From assembly GCA_958009085.1 (NCBI GenBank), contig OY253688.1, forward strand, positions 682,001-718,597: a stretch of 36,597 nucleotides of DNA, given 5' to 3'. Every line of letters starts with the position of its first letter. Position 1 is the stretch's first letter. Below are positions 24,036 to 32,422 of this stretch, piece after piece. The position numbers and the translations under genes are program-made. The stretch comes from Protoeuglena noctilucae (lineage: Eukaryota). The notes under the pieces were generated by a model, which was not told the DNA's origin, ran no database searches, and saw nothing but the letters and a program-made list of their open reading frames with translations.

Positions 24036-27000
24036 TCACAGGCCGACGCGGGCCATGGGGACCGCCCCCGCGCGCCCCCGCACCCCCCGCACCCCGGCCG
24101 CTGCCCTCCTCGTCCCACCCACAGCCGGCTCCCTGACCAGGGGCCGCGCTTGGGGCGTGGGGCGTGCGTGGGTGCGTGCGTAGGTGGCCTTGACCGCCCC
24201 CTGCCGCTGCGGCGCCTGTGCCTCCCCCTGCTTGCTGACTGCGAGGGGGGTGAGGATAGGGATGTGTGTCGGGACAGGTGCGAAGCAGGGCATGGGGATA
24301 CCGACAGCACTAACCAGGCAGAGCACGACATGCGCCATGCCATAAGTATGGGCCAGTGACGAGGCACCTCGCCCCACCACCCCATGCCCCCCCCATCCAA
24401 CATGTCTCACCCGACGCCCCGTTCCCCCCCTCGTGCCCCTGCATCTCGCCGTCCATGCTGGTGAAGAGGGAGCTGCTGGCGTGCACCTTGATGGCCCTCC
24501 CGCTGATTTCGTGCAGGTTGCGCCACTCGGGGTCCCACTCCACCGCCTCCGGGGTCGAGCACGCCACGGAGAGGCCCTTGGGCACCGTGTCTAAGGCATG
24601 CGAGGACGGGAACTGCTCCTCGAACAACTGCAAGGGGGGGTGGAGAGATGAGTGAGGTTGAGGTTGGGCAGGTGCGGTAGGAAGGAGGGAGAGGTGGGAG
24701 GGGTGAGAGAGGAGGGGGCGCGCGAGGGTGGCGACGCATTTAGCGAAGGGCCGTGCACATGACCATCACCACCCCTCTCTCGCCTGCTGCCTGAGGAGGT
24801 CGTACCACTCACATCAACATTCATCATCCCCCACCACCCCATCCCCTCTCTCGCCTGCCTCAGGAGGTAGTACAGTCACACGACCACCCCCCCTCCCCCC
24901 CCTCTCTCGCCTGCCTCAGGAGGTAGTACTCGCGCGACCGCGGCGTGTCCACCGGGAAGCGCTCGTGCCTCTTGTCCCACATCTCGTCCGTCACCACTGT
25001 GCGGGCGTAGGCCTTGAGGCCATCCACCCAGTCGTAGCCCACGCCGTCGCTGAACTGCTCCTTCTGGCGCCACAGAACCTGAGTTGCAATGGGGGACACA
25101 GGGGGGTTTACGATAAAAACGCCCCAGCGCAGAGACACACACGCCCGCTCGCCAGCCGCAGCAGCAGAGGCAATCGCACGTACACCCACACGCACACGAC
25201 ATATGACATCACTCTCGGCTTTCATGACTCCTTCCTACCACACCCATGCCCACCCAGCCACCCCGCCCCCAGTCGCACCCCAGCCCACCCCCCTCGCATC
25301 CCCCTCACCTCGTCCGGCAGGTAGGGGTCCTCGGGCCGGTCGAACGCCTTGCGCAGGATGTACTTCTCCATCTGCGGGTGCACCCCGTCCGGCTTCTTGG
25401 TCATGTCGCAGACCTTGTCGAGGGGAGAGACGTCCATGGCGTAGTTCATGAAGTCCCGGTCCAGGTACGGCACGCGGGGCTCCACGCCCCACGCGAAGGG
25501 GGCCTTGTTGGCGCGGAGAACGTCCCACTGCGGATCACGAAGCGTGGAGGTGGATATGGTCAGTCAGGGCAGTTACATAACAACGGCGTGCAACGGCAGC
25601 AGCTGCACATGCCTCGCCGCGCGCGATGGGACAACAAGATACGATATGCGCCATGTCACGCGCCATGTCACATGCCATGTTATGTTGCCACCAACCCCCC
25701 CTTCTTTCTCTCGCCTGGTGGAGCCTTGCCGTCTTCCTAACGCACTCCTTGTGGAACTCGTCCGGGCTGGGCGCCTTGTGGAAGTAGAGGTAACCCCCGA
25801 AGATCTCGTCGGCCCCCTCCCCCGACAGCACCATCTTGATGCCCATGGCCTTGATCTTGCGCGCGAGCAGGTACATGGGCACGGCCGCCCGCACCTGCTC
25901 GTAGCTCTCGATGTGCCAGATGAGGTCGCGGAGGGCGTCGAGGCCGTCCTCCACCGTGAAGTGGAACTCAAAGTGCTCGGTGCCCAGGAACTCGGCCACG
26001 CGGCGGGCGGCCACCAGGTCCGGGGCGCCCTTGAGCCCCACGGAAAAGGTCTTGAGCCGCGTCATCTGGTAGCTGTTGCGGCTCTCGCTGAGGTGCTTCA
26101 CCACGATGGCCGCCACGAGCGACGAGTCCAGGCCGCCGGACAGCAGCATGCCGTAGGGCACGTCCGTCATGAGGCGCTTCACCACCGCGTCCACCAGCAG
26201 GTCGTGGATCTTGGCCAGGTCCGCGCGGTGCTGGGGCACGTACGACGCGTCCACCAGCCACCGAGGGGTGAACCACTGGGTGAAGGACACCTGGCCGTCG
26301 CGGGTGGCGCGCATGTAGTGGCCGGGGGGGAAGATGTAGAACTCGCTGCACACCGCCTGCAGCGCCTTCATCTCCGACGCCACCCACACCGCACCCGTCT
26401 GCGGGACGGAGGGGCGGCGGCGGATGAACAGGGAAAGCGGCTCCGCGGGCGGCTTGTCAATCCCCCTTCGAGCTCCCCACCCACCTCGTCCTTGCCCCAG
26501 TACATCGGCGCCTTGCCCATCTCGTCCCGCGAGGCGTAAAAGTCCCCTGTCTTCTCGTCGTACATGGCGAGGGCGAACATGCCGTCCATGCGCTCACTGA
26601 CGGGCCTGCGGAACACGGACGCGGGGCCGGGGGTGGAGACGCGGCCGGAGGCGTCGCCGCGAGGGGCGCGGCGCGCGGGCTGGCCGAGGCGCCGTGCCAG
26701 TCCCGCGGCCGAGTCCGCGCCGCCCGCCAGGCAGCGGCGGCGCGAAGTAGAATGCAATCCCCATCTCCCAAGGCCCGGGAATCCCCAGGCGCCGCGGAGC
26801 GGGCGCGGGACGCCGGGCTCCCCACCCCTCTGGCCGCTCCCGCGCCCCGCGACGTCGATAGTCGCGCCGCAGTCGCAAAAACACGGCGCAGGGAAGCGAT
26901 TTCCTCACCCGAAATCGCGGTTGTTGTGAACAAAGAGCGGCCCGGTGACGGCACAATCGCTCGACGACGAGAGCGCTTGTCCCTTGAGCTCCTTCTCCCG

Positions 27001-27428
27001 GATGTCATCGTGGTTGTATGTCTCTCCGTTCTGAACCCACACCACGCGCCCTTCGGGCGTCTGGATCTCGAACGGCTGCCTGCAATGTGTTGGATGGGCT
27101 CGGCGTCGGAACGCTATCCGCGGGGCTCCCGTTCGCGCAGCGCGCTGCTCCACCGACGCGTCCGCTCTATAGGCGCGCCAGGGGATCCGAGGCGGCCCAC
27201 CAGCCGCGCCCCCCGGCCCGCTCGCCTCCCGTTTTCGGTGATGTCCACCACAATGAGCCGCTCGTGCGCCATGTAGACGCCGTCCTTGTTAATGATGTTG
27301 ATAGCATTGCCGTCCGGACCCCGATGGCGCAGTATCTTGGACACGCGGAGCACCAGGCGCCGGTTCCGGTCGACCACCTCGGGGCTCGCGCCCGGGTCGC
27401 GGCGGTAGCACGCGAGAATGCCGCACAT
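24036..27428 (-). CDS. ASNS: Asparagine synthetase (glutamine-hydrolysing, AsnB type), ~661 aa
   Basis: Exons 27428-27226, 27079-26909, 26605-26485, 26398-25715, 25527-25309, 25078-24911, 24627-24411, 24238-24036. Motifs: N-terminal MCGILA (Ntn Cys), RHRGPD, AHERLIVVD, NGETYNH, DGMFA, LLSGGLDSSL, VLSGEGADEIFGGYLYFHKAP, RANK, EPRVPYLD, WRQKEQFSDGVGY, SVACST. The last exon is less certain. Confidence 0.97.
24774..24945 (-). repeat. Triplicated ASNS exon end plus GC donor (one real copy, two intronic copies)
   Basis: cctctctcgcctgcctcaggaggtagtac at 24901 and 24846; more decayed cctctctcgcctgctgcctgaggaggtcgtac at 24774. Confidence 0.92.
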
Positions 27429-27798
27429 CCCTCCCTGGACGATACGGCTGATCGGTCCCCAGCGGAGGGCGGGCGCGCGGGGCCCGATGGCTTTGATGCG
27501 CGACGCGCCGTCCTGCCCACTGGCAGGGGTCTCCCCCGCGTCCACGGGACGATGCAGAGGCTGGCCAAGGGTCATTCCACGTCTAGAACGCCACTTCAAG
27601 CACGGCTGGGCGGCACCTGCAGGCCGCTGCGACCCGCCTCGCGATGCACTGGGGCGCCATGCGATCCAACCCAGTGTGCCGAGGCTGGGGCCATCGGCAA
27701 GGCACCGAGTGGCGACGCGCCGCTGAGCGAGAGCGGCAGACCCCAGGCATCGTCCGAGGATAGCCTGGCTGGTGGGGGACACCCCTTCACAGCCGCGT

Positions 27799-28596
27799 TC
27801 ACTCGACGGTCGGGTTCTGGATGACGATGAGGATGAAGTCGCCGTTCTTGCGGAACTCCGGTGTGATGATCATCTCGTGTTTCTCCGACCGAAGCCGTAA
27901 CACCTCCAGCTCCTGGAGATGGCACGAGGGGGCGAGAGAGGTGTGATGGGGGAACGAGCCGCTGCTCCTGACCCTACGAGGGACAACCAGGGAGCCCTAC
28001 GCCTCCCAGGCCGCGATCGAGTGTCTCCCTGCCCCCTCGCCTGCTCCTGGGCGTGGTCCTCCTCATCCGCCGCGCCCGCGTCGTCCGACGAATCCTTGCG
28101 CGGGGGCACGGGGAGCTTCTTCACCAGGTCCCACGCCTTCTTGACAAACTGCGTGACCAGCCCGGCGTAGTTGACCGTCTCCTCGTGGGGCAGGTCCGAC
28201 TTGATGGGGATGCCGTCGCCCGTCAAGATCATGATGCCCAGAATCCCTGGGGGAGGGGGTCACGGGGGGAAGCCTTGGGTGCACGCACGTCAGGGGAAGC
28301 GCACGTGCCACGCAGACTAGGTGGCGCACAGATTTCGATGCAGGTGGTTGCCACGCATCGAGCCCGCCAGCCCGGCGCACCTTTGTGGGCCTTGATCCTC
28401 TTCAGCGTCTCCTCCACAATGTTTGCCTGGTCTGCCTGCGGGAAAGGCCGAGTGCGGCGAACGTCGGGCTGCGCGCATGCCTCCTGGCGCCACCCACATC
28501 GCGCTAAGCTGGGTGCCAGGCCACTGCCGAGGTCCGCGACGTATCCGAACGCAAGAGGACGCGCGCCGGGATGCCAGCGGGCGAGTAACTCACCAT
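27799..28596 (-). CDS. DYNLRB: Dynein light chain, Roadblock/LC7 family, ~125 aa
   Basis: Exons 28596-28594 (ATG only), 28435-28381, 28246-28041, 27912-27799 give MADQANIVEETLKRIKAHKGILGIMILTGDGIPIKSDL...TVNYAGLVTQFVKKAWDLVKKL...ELEVLRLRSEKHEMIITPE...FILIVIQNPTVE, a typical Roadblock signature. Confidence 0.93.
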
Positions 28597-29753
28597 CTCT
28601 GCGCCGGAACCGCGGATGCCTGGCGAAACCCGCCTACGGACCCCTCGAGTAGTCGGTCTCTGCGAAAGCACGCGAGGACAGTTGAGGCGTTGACCCAGCC
28701 ATGGAGCGCCAACACCAGCCGCACATGAAATGCATACGGTGCCACAGGAGGAGGCCGTTCCTAAGTCCCCGGGGCTCTGAAAAGCAAAACACCATGTCTA
28801 CGCAGCCCTGTGCCTAGCCGGGGCAGGCTCAGCACTTGTCCTTCATCCGAGACACCGCTTGAGGTCACAGAGATCGCGCAAACGGAAACGCGTGGAAGGA
28901 AGTCACGCCAGCGGCTTTGGGCGGGCCAGCGAGCGCCACCCAGCGTTTCCCCCGTTACTCGCGACTGGGTGGCTCGCATGGCACGACGCACGCGCTCCAC
29001 AGCACATGAAAGGGCTACATGTGGCATGGCGAGGTTAGGTACCGCCAAAGGTCGCAGAGATGATGCACCGCGCGGTGGACATGCCCCACCTGGCCGAAGG
29101 CTCCCCCGCGGGCCACGCAGCTGACAAACGCCCGCCCAGGAAGCGGCGACTGCTATGACCTGGAACCCTCTTCCGCGGTGGCCTCGGATGGGATTGAGCG
29201 GCCCGACAGATACGTGCAGCCTGCTTTGATGACAAATGCGGCAGATGCAAGGGGTCGGCGATGCGTAGGACGGTCTCAGCAGCCGCTTTACGTGTGAAGT
29301 GCTGCATGAGAGGTTCTGCCATCCCTGGATGGCCTCCCCGGAGCCTCCCGTGGCTGCCAGAAGCCACTGCTTGACGCACGTGTTTCGTTGCTGAGCGGCC
29401 GAGGTCTCCGCCGGCCGCGACGCATCCGGTGCAGTCAGCTGCGCTGCCTGAACTCCGTCGTGGCTGAAAGGCGGCCGACAGTTGTTGGTGACGACCCTGG
29501 CAACGACGCCGGACAGCGAGCAGAGCCAGAAGCAAGTCGCTGAGCCGAACGACAAAGCCCCATAACAACGTCAAGAGCATACGGCCCTTCAACGCGGCGC
29601 TCCTAACGCGGGGGACATAGCCACCAGTCGCCGCAAGTGCTCCACAAGAGCTACCAGCTGGAGATCGGCACACCTGCCGAGCAGCTTGCCCCTGCCCAAA
29701 AGTCTGAGCTAGGCGAACGCGTGCCCACTCAGTAGCGCGCCTCGGCTGCGCCG

Positions 29754-30590
29754 TCACTTAGCCCACTTGGCGATCATGGCATGGTCTGTGAGTGCTTTGT
29801 CGGAGATGCTCTCCAAGTCGTCGTGCCTGCAAAGGACGAGACAGGTCGCGTCGGTTCCAAGCACCCTACCCCTCGCGTGTGCAAAAAGCGCCGCTAAGGC
29901 AGCCTGTTCGCGCTGGGCACCCTCGCTCGCAGGGTGCACAGGCATCACGGGCATCCAGCGCGCGCACTCACGCGATGTCGTAGACTTTCTCGTTCTCCAA
30001 ATCCACGACCCAGTTGCGGTGGTGGCCCACAAACTTGTCCATCCCGTCGTTGTACATGCGGATCGTCACGTGGGACCAGAACAGAGCGCCTGCGGGGTGG
30101 GGCGGAAAGGCCAGGTCCAGGCCGAGCCTCTCCGGGTCCAGAGACCCCGCCGCTCGGCGCCTCAGACGTTGACGCTCACCGATGGCCGTGGCCACGTAGA
30201 GGTACGTCTTGGACGGCTCCGGGGGCGTAATCTTGGTCTCCTTCCAAATGTCCGCGTGGCCCCCTGCGGTTGACGCGCCGCAGCGGTCGTCACGGACGCC
30301 CGAGCTGCGCAACTTCACACGCTGCTCGGCCGACGGCGCAAGAGGCGCCGAGAGGCGCCGAGCTTGCCGCAACACGGTGGTGCGTCAACGTGTCTCCAGC
30401 CCGGGCCTGTGCGGTCGATCCCACCCCCCGGCACTCAAGCACGCTGCGATAAGACGTCTCACGGACTCCGACATCGCGACCGCGAGGACGCACCTGCCAT
30501 CCCACGCATCTGCTGCCCCGCCACGCGCCCGCTGGTCGAGGCCGCCTCCAGATGCCGCGAGGCCGCCCGAGCGAGCTTCAACAGCGACAT
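29754..30590 (-). CDS. NDUFB2: Probable mitochondrial complex I accessory subunit NDUFB2 (AGGG)-like, ~123 aa
   Basis: Exons 30590-30494, 30263-30180, 30089-29972, 29826-29754. A mitochondrial presequence (MSLLKLARAASRHLEAASTSGRVAGQQMRGM) is followed by AGGH and a single hydrophobic helix, YLYVATAIGALFWSHVTIRMYNDGMDKFVGHH. This resembles the NDUFB2 G-x-x-W-x5-R-x3-D-x4/5-GH pattern. The gene model is solid; the family call is from remembered similarity. Confidence 0.7.
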
Positions 30591-31262
30591 CTTGCGCGAC
30601 GCCGGACAGCCGGCGCCCTGGTCCGCGAAGGGCGAGAGGCGCTGACGTCCGTCGTCCCAGCGGAAGGCGGGGAGGGCGCTGGGCGGCAATCGTGCGCTTT
30701 CCCGGGAACAGGCTAGAGTTTCCGCGCGATGAGGACGCCGGTGACGTGCCAGTCATCAATTCTGACACGATGTTTTCCACCCCGTGCAGCCGCTGGGCTC
30801 CCTTTGCACCGACTTGCCATCATTGCCACGCAGAGGCCACCGGAGCAAGGACGGATGCGCAGCTGGTACCGCCGAGGGCTTGGGATTGGGGTTCTGGCAT
30901 CGCCCAGACCCAGTGCTGCGCTGCCTGCTCGCATGGACATTCAAAACTACTTCCGAACGCATCTATCGGTCTCTCTAAGACGGTAAAGGACCCAGCTAGG
31001 GGCAGAAATGGACGAAAACCAAGCTGGGGGTGTGGAGCTGCGAGATGCGCCCTTGCCTGGTGGCGATGGTGCTCAGTGGGAGGGAGCTATGGGAGCGAGG
31101 CGCCGCCACGACACTGCATCATGTCATAGTACGGCGTCGATGGGACAGGGGCCGCGTCCACATGCTGTGGCGCGGTGCGGGGCAAATCAATCCAGGGCAT
31201 GCATGGCAGGCGGGCAATGGGCGTCACTGGGTCGAATGGGTCAAGGCGTCGCGATACACGTG

Positions 31263-32146
31263 TCATTGCATCACCGTCTGCCACGGCGCTGGCGGCGGGA
31301 CGCGACGAACGGACTGGCTCGGCCCCTCCCCGTCCGCATCCCCCGCCACGCCTTCGCTGGCCCGCTTCTGCGTTCAGTGGGGGTCGCTCGCGAATGTCAG
31401 CAAGCAAGCAGTCCAGGGGGACGTGCAAAAGGGCCGCATCGTCCCCCGTACGGGGTCCGAGGGCAGCGCAGCATGCTGCGCCGTGCTGGGGCCAGGGAGG
31501 AGGCTCAGGAGCGCAGGGTGCCGCTGCCGTGCACAGGACGATGCCACGTGGCCGCCGCAGTGCTGCTCGCCTGGGACATGCGCCGCTGCATGCCGGGCGG
31601 GTTGGGGAAGACGCGTCGCGACACCCGGCAAATGGTGTGGTAGTTATCGAAGAAGACGCGGCACTGGCAGGTCTGGTCGCACACGTGGTACGTGCCTGCA
31701 GGTGCGGGCGGCAGGGCGACGCGGTTGGGGCGCCCAGCAGCGCGAGGGGGCTCCAGAAGCACGGAGCCAACCATCGGTCGCTGGGGGCCCCCCACGTGCG
31801 GCTCCCGCGTCGCCATCGCGTCTCTCGAGCTGATTTTGAACAAGACCGCGCCCGGGCTCGCGAGGCGGCAGGAAAGCGAGCGACCGGCCGAGGAAGCGCG
31901 GGAAGGTCGGTCTTTGAACCCTGGGCCAGGCCGCAGCGCGGTGCGCTCTTTCCGCTACTCTCGGCGCTTCCGAGCAGCCATGCGAACCAGCCGGGACCCG
32001 ACCCGGCGCGCTAGGGGCGGCAGCTGCGCACCTGCCGTCCGGCACAGATACAGGTTCCCCGCCACGTTCTCCACGCAGCAAGTTTTGCTGCAGACGTGCT
32101 CGCTAGCGAAGGCCCCGCGGGGAGCGGCGGGCTCGTCCACCTCCAT
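31263..32146 (-). CDS. Small Cys/His-rich putative zinc-binding protein (SKIP31 C-terminal/UL92-like spacing), ~114 aa
   Basis: Exons 32146-32032, 31695-31571 and probably 31367-31263 give MEVDEPAAPRGAFASEHVCSKTCCVENVAGNLYLCRTAGTYHVCDQTCQCRVFFDNYHTICRVSRRVFPNPPGMQRRMSQ/KRASEG...TVMQ*. Without the second (GC-AG) intron it would end at 31505. Confidence 0.75.
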
Positions 32147-32422
32147 CGCAGGCTGCTGGGGAGGCTCTAAATTGGGCGGCTGCACACGGTTCCTAAGAAG
32201 CTGAGCAGCAAGTTTTGTAGGGCCCGGGGAGGCGTGGCCACTGGAAGAGCGTCCCGGTCGCACTGGCGGGGTGGGGATGGCCCTCGCCAGTGCGTCGCCC
32301 CCCAGGCTCCCCCTTCGCGGCCAACTGACCGTGCGCGGGACACTCCGTCCCCATTTTCAAACGCTGGCCGAAGCCGCGCCGCAGCCGCGCCGCAGCACGC
32401 GGTCCCAGCCCCTCCCCGCGCC

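Noticed and set aside
28761..29757. 264-aa and 240-aa minus-strand ORFs between NDUFB2-like and Roadblock
   Set aside because: No motif, codon pattern or convincing splice structure. Probably UTR or intergenic, although an unrecognised gene or ncRNA cannot be excluded.
30321..30474. Alternative start MSES (ATG 30474) for the NDUFB2-like gene
   Set aside because: The ATG at 30590 gives a typical mitochondrial presequence and a phase-correct splice to AGGH; the alternative lacks targeting features.
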